This document shows positions 38,048-51,740 of a stretch of 64,000 nt of DNA, piece after piece. The stretch covers positions 165,850,001 to 165,914,000 of the forward strand of contig NC_091979.1 of the NCBI RefSeq assembly GCF_044704955.1, read 5' to 3'. Position numbers and translations under genes: made by a program. The stretch is from Pristiophorus japonicus (Eukaryota). The notes under the pieces were generated by a model. The model searched no databases, was not told where the DNA came from, and saw nothing but the letters and a program-made list of their open reading frames with translations. The first letter of the stretch is position 1. The number at the start of each line of letters is the position of its first letter.

Positions 38048-39293
38048 CTTTGACGATGTAATGAGCAGGGTGGATAAAGGGGAACCAGTCGATGTGGTGT
38101 ATGTGGATTTCCAGAAAGCATTCGATAAGATGCCACACAAAAGGTTATTGCACAAAATAAGAGCTCACGGGGTTGGGTAACACTTTCGCGTGGATAAAGG
38201 ATTGGCTGACTAACAGAAAACAGAGAGTCAAGATAAATGGGTCATTTTCAGGTTGGAAAACTGTAACTAGTGGGGTGCCACAGGGATCAATGCTGGGGCC
38301 TCAACTATTTATAATTTATATTAATGACTTGGATGAAGGGACCAAGTGTAATGTAGCCAAATTTGCTGATGATACAAAGATAGGTGGGAAAGCAAGTTGT
38401 GAGGAAGATGCTAATAATCTACAAAGGGATATAGATAGGCTCAGTGAGTAGGCAAAAATTTGGCAGTTGGAGTATAATGTGGGAAAATGTGAGGTTATCC
38501 ACTTTGGTAGAAAAAATAAAAAAGCAAATTATTATTTAAATGGGGAGAGATTACAAAATGCTGCAGTACAGAGGAATCTGGGGGTCCTTGTACATGAAAC
38601 ACACAAAGATAGCATGCAGGTACGGCAAGTAATCAGGAAGGCAAATGGAATGTTGGCCTTTATTGCAAGGGGGATGGAGTATAAAAGCAGGGAAGGCCTG
38701 TTCCAATTGTACAGGGCATTGGTAAGACCACACCTAGAGTACTGCGTACAATTTTGGTCTCCTTATTTGAGGAGGGATAAACTTATATTCGAGGCAGTTC
38801 AGAGAAGATTCACAAGGTTGATTTCTGAGATGAAGAGGTTGTCATATGAAGAAAGGTTGAGCAGGTTGGGCCTATATTCATTGGAGTTTAGAAGAATGAG
38901 AGATGATCTTATTAAAACATAAGATTCTGAGGGGTCGTGACAGGATAGATGCAGAGAGGATGTTTCCCCTCATGAGGGAATCTAGAACTAGGGGGCATAG
39001 TTTCAGAATAAGAGGTCGGCCATTTAAGACAGAAATGAGGGGGAATTTCTTCTCTCAGAGGGTCATGAATGTTTGGAATTCTTTACCCCAGGGAACTGTG
39101 GTGATTGGGTCTTTGAATACATTTAAGGTGGAGATAGACAGATTTTTGAATGATAAGGAAGTCAAGGGTTATGGGGAGCAGGCAGGGAAGTGGAGTTGAG
39201 GCCAGAATCAGATCAGTCATGATCTTATTGAATGGCGGAGCAGGCTCGAGGGGCCTAATGGCCTACTCCTGCTCCTATTCCTTATGTTCTTAT
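38048..39293 (+). mobile_element. CR1 LINE, 5'-truncated (different subfamily)
   Basis: GVPQGSML, KFADD, RPHLEYC; ttcttatg tail. Confidence 0.92.
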
Positions 39294-40399
39294 GACCAAT
39301 ATCACATATATATTTTTACCTCCCTTCAAGGATGGTTATTTGGTTAATTATGCTTATTTCAATTATTAATAAAACTACCCAGGGCATCTTTTAATGGTCT
39401 TTAATTCAACTAGACCAAATGGCAATAAGTATAAAATTATAAAATATAATCACTGAATGTTGTTTTTAAAAAAAACGTGTTTTCATATTGGTCTATTTTA
39501 ATCAGTTCAATGCCCTAATCTTTACTTTAGCTACCATTGTATTTTATCATTGTCAATAGCAAATCAAGCTTCTATTTGCTATAGTTAACATAGATAGTCA
39601 TAAAATCCGTAGCTTAAAAACAAATAATTTTTTGATGTGATCTAAGGGATGCAATCCTTTTTGATATTTACGGGGAAGCATTGAAGGTGACTGATGGGGC
39701 GCGGAGGGAAATCTGACAAGGTCAGGGACGCAGAGTCCTGCTGAACTTAACAGCAGTTCCTCATTATCATTTTTAGTGCCATTTCCTGCCTGGCAGCCAA
39801 TCAAAATGACAGCCTGGCCAGCGGCCGGGAGGGAAAGCCAGCGGCAGGCGGCCACAGCCAGGGACCCATGGAGACGGAACCCGGCAATCAGGAGGGGGAA
39901 GATGGTCGACGATTGGGGGGGGTGGAGAAGAGAGGACATTGTGGCAGACATCACACTCCTCCTGGCCCACAAGGAGTGCTGAGAAAATCACTTGCCTTGT
40001 GGAGTCGGTAGTTCCTGCCTCCTTTCGCCTGGGAAACCCGCACAGCAGCAGTGACTATTAAATTGGGCTCCCAGTTGCTTTGTGGGAGCCTGATTTTATA
40101 TTATAGAAGTTTCCCGTTTCTCCATGGCGGCACACTCGAACGCCACAACAACCACTAATGTAAAAATGGCATGCCTTGTTAAGGTCACGTTTCGCACAGT
40201 TGACCGTTTAATCCCATCTCCCCTCTCCCACCTGTTGTGGGGGATAATATTGAGGCCAATTAAGTTATGCTCCAGGTCTGTGTGACCCTCATTAAAATTG
40301 TGTAATTATTAAAATGAAATCCTGTAGTGAATATTACGACTTTAGTCAAGCTCTGCGGTCATCATACACCTTTAGTGTTAGGGAATGAAGCTGGGCAAG

Positions 40400-41329
40400 T
40401 GGAAGGAGTAGCACTGGGGGAGCATTTTTGTGGCAGTAATTATAATTCAGTTTTTGCATAATTATGGATAAGGACAGAAAAAACAGTGGTGTTCCACAGG
40501 ACTCAGTACTCAGTCCCTTATTTTTGTAGAACCTGCATAATAATGATTTGGACTTAAATGTAGGGGGCATGATAAAGAAATTTGCAGGTTATTCAAAAAT
40601 TGGTCGTGTGGTTGACAGTGAGGCAGAAAGCTCCAGACTGCAGGAAGATATCGATGAACTGGTCAGTTAGCTAGAAAAGTGGCAAATGGAATGCAATCCA
40701 GAAAAGTGTGAGGTAATGCATTTGGGGAGGAGCAACAAGGCAAGGGAACACACAATAAATGGGAGGATACTGAGAGGTGTGGAGAGGTATATGTCCACAG
40801 ATCCTTAAAGGTAGCAGGACAGATGGATAAGGTAGTTAAAAAGGCATACGGAATGCTTTCCTTTATTAGCCAAGGCATAAACACAAAAGCAAGGACGTGA
40901 TGCTGGAACTGTATACAACATTAGTTAGGCCACAGCTAGAGTACTGCGTGCAGTTCTGGTCACCGCATTACAGGAAGGATGTGATTGCACGAGAAAGGGT
41001 GCAGAGGAGATTTATGAGGATGTTGCCAGGACTGGAAAACTTTAGCTATGAGGTAAGATTGGATAGGCTGGGGTTGTTTTCCTTGAAACAGAGGAGGCTG
41101 TGGGGAGATTTAATTGAGGTGTATAAAATTATGAGGGCCTAAATAACGAAGGAGCTATTTCCCTTAGCAGAGGGGTCAACAACCAGGAGGCATAGATTTA
41201 AAATAGTTCATAGAAGGATTAGAGGAGAGATGAGGAAACATTTCTTTACACAGAGGGTGGTGGGAGTCTGGAACTCACTGCCTGAAAGGTGGTAGAGGCA
41301 GAATCACATTTAAAAAGTACAGGTACTTG
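40400..41329 (+). mobile_element. Older CR1 LINE; its 3' end resumes at 45812-45937 after the LTR insertion
   Basis: RPQLEYCVQFWSPHYRKD; CR1 3' UTR and tttctatgattct tail follow the LTR element. Confidence 0.85.
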
Positions 41330-44300
41330 TGTTAAGTATGTAATAACTCGATAGACTGAAGACTGTAAACTAACACAGGTACAAACCTGGCTCTGTTTTA
41401 TTAGGGCCCAAAGTGATTACATTACATGATGGCTTGCCTTTTATACCTGGGCCGCACACACATGCGTACAGCCCAATGACCTCCGACAGTGATGCCACCT
41501 GGTGGCTAGTAACCTCAAGCATACATACATGACAATATCCCTCTTTAAGATATTAGCAATAGTCTTTTTACAAATTGAGACGGTCTGGGGCTTTCCGCTC
41601 CCGAGTTGATCGTCTCAGTTCAACTCCAGCCTTGGGTGAGCGTTCTGAGTCTGTTATGACTGGGTGCTGGGTAGCCGATCTGATGCGAGTGGCAATGACC
41701 ATGTCAGGGATTGAAAGTCCAGATTCATTGATGACAGCGGAATCCTCTGATGACTGAGGGTAGGTTGGTTGGTCACTGATTGTGTCTTCCTCAGACTGTT
41801 CCGGTTCATCTGTGTGCCTCAGCTTTATCTGATCAACATGTTTCCTACATGTTTGCCCATTCTTGAGCTTGACGATCAACACTCTGTTACTCTCCTTGAC
41901 CATAACAGTACCAGCGATGCACTTAGGACCTTGCCCATAATTTAGTACATACACAGAAATGTCGCGTGACACAGCAACGCAATCATGATACCACTGCTGA
42001 CTTTGACGTCTGTATTCAACATGATCGTTCAAGTCAGGGTGGACAAGTGAGACCTCTCCATTAATAGTTCAGCAGGGGGGACCTCGGTAAGCGTATGGGG
42101 TCTTGTCCTGTAACTAAGCAATGTGCATGACAAGCGAGTCTGTAGTGAACCTTGAGTTACACGTTTCATACTCTGCTTGATGGTTTGGGCAGCACGCTCT
42201 GCTTGATCATTAGATGCGGGTTTGAATGGTGCTGACCTCACATGTTTGATACCATTGAGTTTCATGAACTCTTGAAACTTCAGACTAGTGAAGCAAGGTC
42301 AGTTGTCGTTTACAACGATGTCAGGCAGACCATGAGTGACAAATATGATACGAAGGCTCTCAATGGTAGCTATGGATGTACTGGATGACATGGTTATACA
42401 CTCTATCCACTTGGAATATGCATCCACCACAACTAAAAACATCTTTCCCAGGAAGGGACCTGCAAAGTCGATGTAGATCCTGGACCATGGTTTAGATGGC
42501 CACAACCACAGACTCAGCGGCGATTCCGCTGATGCTTTACTTAGCTACATGCAAGTGTTGCACTGATGCACACATGATTCCAGATCAGAGTCAATTCCAG
42601 GCCACCATACATGAAATCTGACAATGGCTTTCATCATGACAGTACCAGGACGAGTTATATGTAGATCATGTACAAATTTCTCTCTGCCTTTCTTAGGCAT
42701 AACAACACGATTATGCCACAGTAAACAATCTGACTGAATGGATATTTCGTCTTTGCAACGGTTGTAAGGTTTGGTCTCATCACCCATTTGCTTCGGTAGA
42801 ACAAACCAATCACCACTAAGGACACGACGTTTCACAACCGATAATATCGGGTCCTGGCTGGTCGAGGTCTTAACTTGTTGAGCCATGACTGGGGTTTCTT
42901 CACTTTCAAAAGCATCCATAACTAACAGTAGGTCTGCAGGTTGTGGCGTCTCCACCTCCAGTGTGGGCAACGGCAGACGGCTCAATGCATTGGCACAATT
43001 CTCGGTGCCAGGTCTATGACGAATGACATAATCATAGGCAGATAATGTCAGCGCCCACCTCTGGATGCGGGACAATGCATTGGTATTTATACCTTTGTTT
43101 TCCGATAAAAATGAAATGAGTGGCTTGTGATCTGTTTCCAGTTAAAACCGAAGACCAAACAGGTACTGATGCATCTTTTTTACCCCATACACACAGGCTA
43201 ATGCTTCTTTTTCTACCATGCTGTTGGCTCTTTCCGCCTTTGACAAACTTCAAACTTTTAGAAGCATATGCAACAGGTTGTAGGTTACCCGATTCATTTG
43301 CTTGTTGGAGCACGCAACCAACTCCATATGACGAAGCATCACAGGCCAATATTAGATGCTTACACGGATCATAATGTACCAGCAGCTTGTTAGAGCAAAG
43401 CAGATTAGTAACTTTCTCAAAAGCTCTATCTTGAGATGCACCCCAAACCCAGTTGTCGCCTTTTCTTAGCAGCAAGTGCAGTGGCTCTAATGAAGTGCTC
43501 AATCTTGATAGGAAATTACCGAAGTAGTTGAGTAGACCAAGGAATGAACGCAGCTCCGTCACATTCTGGGGCTTGGGTGCATTTTTGATTGCCTTGGTTT
43601 TCGAGTCCGTAGGCCTGATGCTGTCAGCAACAATTCTCCTCCCCAGGAATTCGACTTCCGGTGCCATGAAGACGCACTTCGAATGTTTCAGTCTGAGTCC
43701 CACTTTGTCTGGACGATGTAGAACCTCTTCCAGGTTATTCAGATGTTCAGCGGTGTCACGACCTGTGACCAGGATGTCATCTTGGAAAACGACGGTTCTA
43801 GGGACAGACTTCAGTAGACTCTCCATGTTCCTCTGAAATATGGCTGCAGCCGAGCTAATTCCAAAAGGACACCTGTTGTAGATAAACAGCCCTTTGAGTG
43901 TTGATGCACGTAAGTTTCTTTGACATCTCGACCAGCTCCTGTGTCACGTAGGCCAACGTCAGATCCAGTTTAGTGAATGACCTCCCCCCAACTAGCGTTG
44001 CAAACAGGTCATCAGTCTTGGGTAACGGGTATTGATCCTGTTTCGAAACTCGGTTGATCGTAACCTTGTAGTCTCCACAAATCCTGACAGTGCCATCACT
44101 CTTCAACACAGGAACAATGGAGATGTCCCATTCGTTAAATTCGACCGGTGATATGACCCCTTCATGCTGGAGTCTGTCCAGTTCGATTTCTACCATCTCC
44201 CTCATCATATACGGAACCACCCGAGCTTTATGAAGGATGGGTCTTGCATCCGAGTCCACAGGGATCTGCACCTTGGCTCCCGTGAAATTGTCGATGCCTG

Positions 44301-45811
44301 GTTCAATCAGCGAGAGGAACTTGTTCAGCACTTGAGCACATGGAGTATCATCCACCGATGACAGCGCTTTGATATCATTCCAATTCCATTTGATATTTTT
44401 CAAGTCAATTCCTGCCCAACAGCGTTGGACTATTGCCTGGAACAATCCATAACGGTAAATCATGAACCGCACCATCATACAACACCTTGACTACTGCAGT
44501 GCCAATCACCGTTATGAGTTCTTTCATGTACATACGCAACTTGGCATTGACTGGACTCAGCTTAGGCCCCTCAGCCTTGGTATCCCACAGTTTGTCGAAT
44601 ATCCTCTGGCTCAATATTAATTGACTTGCACCCATGTCCAATTCCATCGGTACCAGCACACCGTTAAGTTTCACATTAATCATATTTGTTAGGAACGAAT
44701 ACAGTCCATACACTTCCTCCTCTGGTATCTCGAATTGCACATCCGGATCCACGCTATACTGGTCATCATCCTCTGCGTGATGTGTAGTAGCACGCTTGCT
44801 CAGTTGCGGACACATACTCTGGAGATGCCCCAGTCTCGAACAGCCTTTACAAATGTACTGTTTAAACCGACACTGATGAGGCCGATGATTGCCCCCACAA
44901 CGCCAACATGGTGAAATCGGATTCATTCCCATTGGCAGCCACAGGTTTCGCATACACAGTTGAGTAGGCCCTGCCATATGCAGCTCTGCCAAACGACGAT
45001 ACAATCTTGTTTACAGCACTTGCCGAGTTCCGATTTTTCAATGATATCTGCTTTAAGTTTTTATCCGTCGTCATGTGTGCCTTGGCAATCGTGATGGCCT
45101 TGCTCAAATCCAGCGTCTCCGCCGCCAGTAGCTTACGCAGGATGACCTCGTGGTTGATGCCGATTACAAAGAAGTCCCACAGCATATCTCCCAACGCATT
45201 TTCGAACTTACACGGTCCAGCTAGACGTCTTAGGTCAGCAACGAATTCCGACACATCCTGGCCCTCAGAATGAACGTGCTTGTGGAATCAATATCGGGAG
45301 ATGATGATGCCTTCTTCTGGTTTGAAATGGTCACGTACCAGAGCACACAATGTTTCATAGTCCTTGTCCGTTGGACTTGCAGGCAAGAAAAGATTGTTTT
45401 GAGTCCATAGATTTTTGGAGCGCAAACCGTGAGGAAGACCGCCCTGCGCCTAACTGCGTCAGTGGGTTCCTCCATTTTATTGGCCATGAAGTATTGGTCC
45501 AGGCGAGCTACAAAATCTGCCCAGTCCTCTCCCTCCACAAATCTTTCCAGATTCTAATTGTGCTCATTTTTGCATGCGAAGGTTCTTAAGTTACCTCGTT
45601 GCCAAATGTTATGTATGTAATAACTCGATAGACTGAATACTGTAAACTAACACAGGTACAAACCTGGCTCTGATTTATTAGGGCCCAAAGTGATTACATT
45701 ACATAATGGCTTGCCTTTTACACCTGGGCTGCACACACGTGCGTACAGCCCAATGACCTCCGACAGCGGCGCCACCTGGTGGCTAGTAACCTCAAGCATA
45801 CATACATGACA
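41330..45811 (-). mobile_element. Second full-length Gypsy/Ty3 LTR retrotransposon, decayed, inserted in a CR1
   Basis: 205-bp TG..CA LTRs at 41330-41534 and 45607-45811 (10 differences by eye); TSD acttg/acttt; PBS-like tggcaacgag; gag CCHC, RT FQDD, RNase H CDAS and integrase fragments. Confidence 0.95.
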
Positions 45812-46941
45812 ACTTTGATGTGCACTACAGGGCTACGGACCTCGTGCTGGAGGGTGGGATTAGGCTGGGTAAATATTTTTCAACTGGCATGGATGAGCCG
45901 AATGGCCCCCTGTGCCGTAATTTTCTATGATTCTCTGATCTTGCTGGTAAAACATGGGCACATTGGAAATGCTGGAATTACCCATGTAGAATTCTTAAAG
46001 CGTGATCACAGTTTGAGTTGTTGATAAAGTGTTTGTTTTGTTTGTACTCGCAATTACATTTTGCTGAGTTTGAAGTTACGCATTAGTTGGCTATGCTGGG
46101 TAGCCTGTTGCTTTTGCACTTTCAAGTTCCCACACCCCGTTACTGCTCTGCTTTTAAATAGAACCATAGAAAGTGGTGAGGATGGGAATCCCATTCACTG
46201 CATGATTTAGATGAGAAAGACGAGTTCGTTAAAGGTCAACAAATGCAGGAGCAAGGACATTGGACCAGTCACTGCCCCATACCTCATATTTATAGAACCC
46301 CTCCATATGTACCTGGATATGTCAGAGCAGACCAGTAATTGCCACCATTGCTTCACAAAACAGGTTACATAATGTTGTATCACCTGCTGCTAGATGGCCT
46401 GAAGACAACGGCGTCAAAATTTCTCAGGGATTCCACTGGTTTCGTGCCATAACTATGGTGGCAGGCAGGCAGCCTCCCCAGGAAAATGACAGAGAGCAGG
46501 CAGTGCAGTTCCCGGTTGTCTTGTAAGGTGCAGGGTCTTAATTGAGGCAAAGGACAGCAAGGGAATGCATCCAGGTTTGGGTACTCCCTACGCCAGGAGT
46601 TCCTGCTGCTATTTTGACTATCCATTTAACCGCAAACTGCAACTCCTTATGAAGTACTGCCTCACTGGATTTTATGCTTTTTAACCAAACCCTCAGGACA
46701 TGCGTTCCATGTGCCAGGAGCTTATTCAAATTAGGAGACAGGACCCCTTTTGCAAAATTTGCAGTGATCCACTTTCTGAGCTGCTGACACTTAGCTGGAA
46801 TTATATTTGAGCAGTGTCAAAGCTATCTTGCTGACCCAGTGAATCCGATCTGGGTGGTGTTCAGTCTTGGGAGAATCTTGTCTGTAAGAGCAAGGCTTGG
46901 CTTTGAGCACTAGGCCACCAATTATTCAGGCATCTAACTTT

Positions 46942-48430
46942 TAAGAACATAAGACATAGGAGCAGGAGTAGGCCATACGGCCCAACGAGCCTACACCGCC
47001 ATTCAATAAGATCATGGCTGATCATCGACCTCAACTCCACTTTCCCGCCCGATCTCCATATCCTTTGATTCCCCTAGACTCCAAAAATGTCTCTATCTCA
47101 GCCTTGAACATATTCAGAATCAGCTTCCACAACCCTCTGGGGCAGAGAATTCCAATGATTCATAACCCTCTCAGTGAAGAAATTCTTCCTCATCTCTGTC
47201 TTAAAAGGCCTTCCCCTTATCCTGAGACTGTGACCCCTAGTTCTAGACACCCTAGCCAGGGGAAACAACCTCTCAGCATCTACCCTGTCAATCCCCTTCA
47301 GAATCTTGCATGTTTCAATGTGATCACCTCTCATTCTTCTAAATTCTAGAGAGTATAGCCCCATTCTACACAGTCTCTCATCATAAGACAGCCCTCTCAT
47401 CCCAGGAATCAAGCTAGTGAACCTTGTTGTACCGCCTCCAAGGCAAGTATATTCTACCTTAGATGAGACCAAAACTGTGCACAGTACTCCAAGTGTGGTC
47501 TCACCAAGGCCCTGTACAATTGTAGCAAGACTTCCTTATTATACTTCAACCTCCTTGCAATAAAGGACAACATGCCATTTGCCTTCCTTATTGCTTGCTG
47601 TACCTGCATGCTAGCTTTCTGTGTTTCTTGCACAAGGCCACCCAAATCTCTCTGAACACCAACATTTAAAAGTTTCTTACCAAGTAAAAAATATTCTGTT
47701 TTTCTATTCTTCCTACCAAAGTGAATAACCTCACATTTCCCATCTGCCACTTATTGCTCACTCACCTAGTCTATCTATATCCTTTTATAGATGCTTTGCA
47801 TTCTCCTCACAGCTTACTGCCACACCTAGCTTTGTATAGTCAGTAAACTTGGATACATTACACCCAATCCCTTCATCTAGGTCATTAAATAGATTGTAAA
47901 TAGCTGAGTCCCCAGCACTGATCCTTGTGGCAACCCACTAGTTACAGCCTGCCAACCTGAAATAGACCCATCTATCCCTACTCTGTTTTCTGTCCGTTAA
48001 CCAATCCTCTTTCCATGCTAATACATTACTCCAATCCCATGAGCTCTTATCCTGTGTAATTTCTTTTATGTGGCACCTTATTGAATGCCTTTTGAAAATC
48101 CAAACAACTACATCCATTGGTTCCCCTTTATCTACCCTGCTAATTACATTCTCAAAAAACTCTTAATAAATTTGTCAAACACGATTTCCCTTTCATAAAA
48201 CCATGTTGACTCTGCCTAATCATGTGCCCTGATACCACTTCCTTAACAATGGTTTCCAGCATTTTCCCGACGACTGATGTCAGGCTAACTGGCCTGTAGT
48301 CCCGTTTTCTCTCTCCCTCCTTTCTTGAATAGCGGTGTTACATTTGCAGAATCTAGGGAATAACCTCACATTTCCCTACATTATACTCCATCTGCCATCT
48401 TACTGCCCACTCACTTAGCCTATTTATATC
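46942..48430 (-). mobile_element. CR1 LINE, decayed
   Basis: Tail at 46942; RPHLEYCAQFW and GLYSLEFRRMRGD. Confidence 0.88.
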
Positions 48431-48736
48431 ATTTTGCAAATCCTCTATCCATTTTAATGTATTCAACTTGTGTATATGAACTACTTGGACCTTTAGTGAT
48501 CTCAATTAGAGAAACACGTACATAACAAAGGACTTTCAGGAATTCCTGCAGGCTAGAGTGCAGGCATGATTTTTTTTGTTTAAATGACTACAAGTTTGTT
48601 ACCTTGTAGACCTCAGGGCCCAAATTCAAACTGTTGCACTGAGAAAAAGGCTGTTTGTACTCTTTTTAAAAAAAAATGTTAATTCCTCTAATTGTTCGAG
48701 ATGTTTACGCTTATTTTAAGCAACTCTAGGCATATA

Positions 48737-49973
48737 GGGCTCAAGTTTCAGCCTGAGTTGCTCCTATTTTTTTTGAGCAACTAGCTTAGAATGGAGCATC
48801 TTAGAAATTGCAATTCTCGGCATTTAGTTTGCTCCAATTCTAGTGAGTTAGAATAGTCCCATTTGAGAACAGATTTTTTTTTCAAAAGGGAGAGTGTCCA
48901 GCCACTTTCGCCTGTTTTGCAAGTTTAGGCAGCGAAAACTTACTCCAAACTAACTTAGAATGGAGTAAGTGCAGATTTTTGTACGCTCAGAAAAACCTTG
49001 CCTACACTTAGAAATCAGGCGTAGAGAATGAGAGATGGGGGGGAGGGAAGTTTACAAACATTAAACACTTCACTTTTACAAATAAAGAGCCATCATCAAT
49101 AATAAATGATGAATCAATAAATCAACCAATAAATCAATCAAAAAAAATAACAAAAAAAAAATAAATTTTTAAAAATCAATAAATAAAAAATTAAGTTTCT
49201 ACTCACTGACTGCAGCACCAGGAGCCCTCCAACAGCGTGCTGGGACGGGGTCCCCCCAGTGTCTCTATCTCTGTTTCTGTCAGTGTATCTCTCTGTCTGT
49301 CAGTGTCTCTCTGTGTTCCTGACAGCCAGGGGGGAGGGAAGGGGAGGGGAGAGGAGGACGGGGGGGGGAGAGATGGGGAGGGAGGGGAAGAGAGGAGGGG
49401 GGAGGAGAGGAGGGGGGAGCAGAGGAGGGAGGGAGGAGGAGAGGAGGGCCGGGGGGAGGCGAGGAGGGGGGAGAGGAGGGGGGAGAGGAGCGAGGGGGGG
49501 CTGGCTGAACGGGCCCGGCCGACGAGAGGAAACCAGGCCGAAGACTTCGGGCGGGGCCCGCCCCCAGCAAGATGCTGGGCGGGCAGGCCCCGCCGAGGAC
49601 GTGGAGGGAGGGGGAATGGCTGAACAGGAGGGGAGGGGGGGAGCGGCAGCAGACCTGAATGGGGGGGGGGCGGAGCGGGAGCTGAATATGAAGAGGAGGG
49701 GGGCCCGAGTCCGATCTTCGCCGCCCCAGTGAGCCCATTCGGCCAGGGCTAGGGGCGGCATGCTTCAGTCCCCTCCCACGCAGCCTGGAGCTACTGCGCA
49801 TGTGCAGAGGTCCCGGCACTGTTTTCAGCGCCGGGACCTGGCGCCGCCCCCCACAGCTTGTGCTGCGCTGCGCCAAGGGCTTGCAACATTCCAGCAGCGG
49901 GGAGAATACCGAGGTAAGTTTTAGGCGCACTTTTTCTTCTACAAATTCTAAGCGGGGACGCAAACTTGGGCTC
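48737..49973. mobile_element. MITE, same TIR family as 62647-63711, with a purine-rich G-run interior
   Basis: Ends gggctcaagttt / aaacttgggctc; subterminal sequence is similar to the reverse complement of 63500-63700; GGA/GGG low-complexity tract at 49328-49700. Confidence 0.72.
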
Positions 49974-50871
49974 CTAAACTGGATTAGACTAGAACAAATA
50001 TGTATATGAAGCACATCACTTCAGGTCACATAAATACGTACAAAAGCCTTTTTACATTTAACACAAACTTGGGTTTTTTTAAAGTTATAAATTATTTAAT
50101 ATAGGATACCCCACAAAAGCAACAATGACAGTTCTGCAATGAATAGATCCAAACACAATACAACATCTACAGTGTGCAATATATAATAAAACCTTGAGGT
50201 GAAGAAATATTAAATCATGCAGAGACATGGGATAGTCTATAAGTATATCATAAAACATGGTAATAAATTTAGCCATATATAATGCGTGTTTCCACAAATA
50301 ATTACATTGCTTTGAATTTTACTGTAAGAACTTGCATCCATGAAGCTAGAGTAGGCCCAAAATAGTGCCAAAGAGTTGTAGTGATAACTTATATTTATTC
50401 TTTAGTTCCTGCATCATCATTGGGCCTTAGCATATTAAAGTGATTTTCACTCATTTATAGTCAACAGGTGGAAATATGTCTCCCTTAAAGTTGATCCTGT
50501 AGGGCCAAAACGGTACACAATATCGTTCAATTCATGATTCAGCACATCTTCGTTGCAGTGTATTAAGATTTATTGTGCCCATCCAAGTTTTTTTTTAAAT
50601 TATGGTGCTATTTTCAGCAAATTAAATGATAGTTAATTTGAAATAGCTGAAAATGTATACTTTATTTTTCTTTTTAACACACCACATTTTTGTCTTTTTT
50701 AATGCAGTCTGAAAAAATTAACTGAAAATAGCACATGGTACACAAATTGCAAGCATAATGATCATTTACATCAAAATACTTTGTAAATCTAACCATATTC
50801 ATTTCTAATGACTTACTTACCTCAAATGAATGTCTTTATCCATACTCTGTGTCTCCTCTACCCCCTTGTAG

Positions 50872-50943
50872 CTATAAGGACTGAACCAAGAAATGATCAA
50901 AGGGGCCATGGGATGACCAGATCGAGAGCACATGCTAGTGCAG
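50872..50943 (+). CDS. map2: Candidate 72-nt map2 cassette exon (phase 1-1) TIRTEPRNDQRGHGMTRSRAHASA
   Basis: Strong pyrimidine tract ending ccccttgtag; CAG|gtagcc donor; frame-preserving and stop-free between the 37527 and 51412 exons; TGCATG 66 nt downstream. Confidence 0.6.
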
Positions 50944-51411
50944 GTAGCCTGTAGTCAGTGGTGGCTCTGCTCCTACTGAACACTTTGAAAAAATTATCAA
51001 CTATTTTATGCATGACAACCTTGGTGTAACTCAAGTGGAGCATTCAGAACCATGATTAATGGATAATAAAAGTACTCTGCTTTTAAAATTGCCCAGAGCA
51101 TGAACAGACTTGAAGTGACCTTTCAGAATTTGATCCATAAATCTCTTGTGGACCAAGAAATAATGCCAAAAATCCAATTTTAAAGTATTTTTTGATTTTA
51201 ATGTTATCAAACTATATATCAGAGTTACTTATTTAATCAATTGATCAATGTTCCATAATAAATTCTGTTCTATGATGTGTTACATTAGTTAATATCATAT
51301 CTGACCAATTCCTTTACATATACTGGATAATATTTATGCATATAGGTACATATAAAGGCTATACTATCGCTTAAATTTTTTTTTAAATCATGTTTTATAT
51401 ATATTTTCAAG

Positions 51412-51740
51412 GATCTGAATCAGCTCGCTCCAGGACAGCAAGAAGTGGCACTGCCACACCATCCACTCCTGGATCAACTGCAGTCACACCTGGCACACCA
51501 CCCAGCTATTCCCGTACACCAGGTACCAGGACCCCTCGCACTCCCGGCACTCCTGGTACACATAAATCTCCCATTCTTGTGCCCACAGAACGGAAAGTGG
51601 CAATTATTCGCACTCCTCCAAAATCTCCCCTTACTCCAAAGCAGCTCCGTGTGATCAATCAGCCAATGCCAGATCTGAAAAATATCAAATCCAAAATTGG
51701 ATCAATTGACAACCTGAAGCATCAACCCAGAGGAGGGCAG
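51412..51740 (+). CDS. map2: map2 exon (329 nt, phase 1-0): Pro-rich region plus microtubule-binding repeat 1
   Basis: ttttcaag|GA acceptor, CAG|gtatga donor. Encodes [25 protein letters not shown] and [24 protein letters not shown] (tau/MAP2 repeat with KXGS). Confidence 0.97.

Noticed and set aside
46220-46930. Short ORFs and a possible old repeat or SINE fragment
   Set aside because: No diagnostic domains or clear Pol III A/B boxes could be established.
49237-50014. Long Gly/Arg- and Pro-rich ORFs on both strands
   Set aside because: These are artefacts of low-complexity G-rich sequence inside a MITE.
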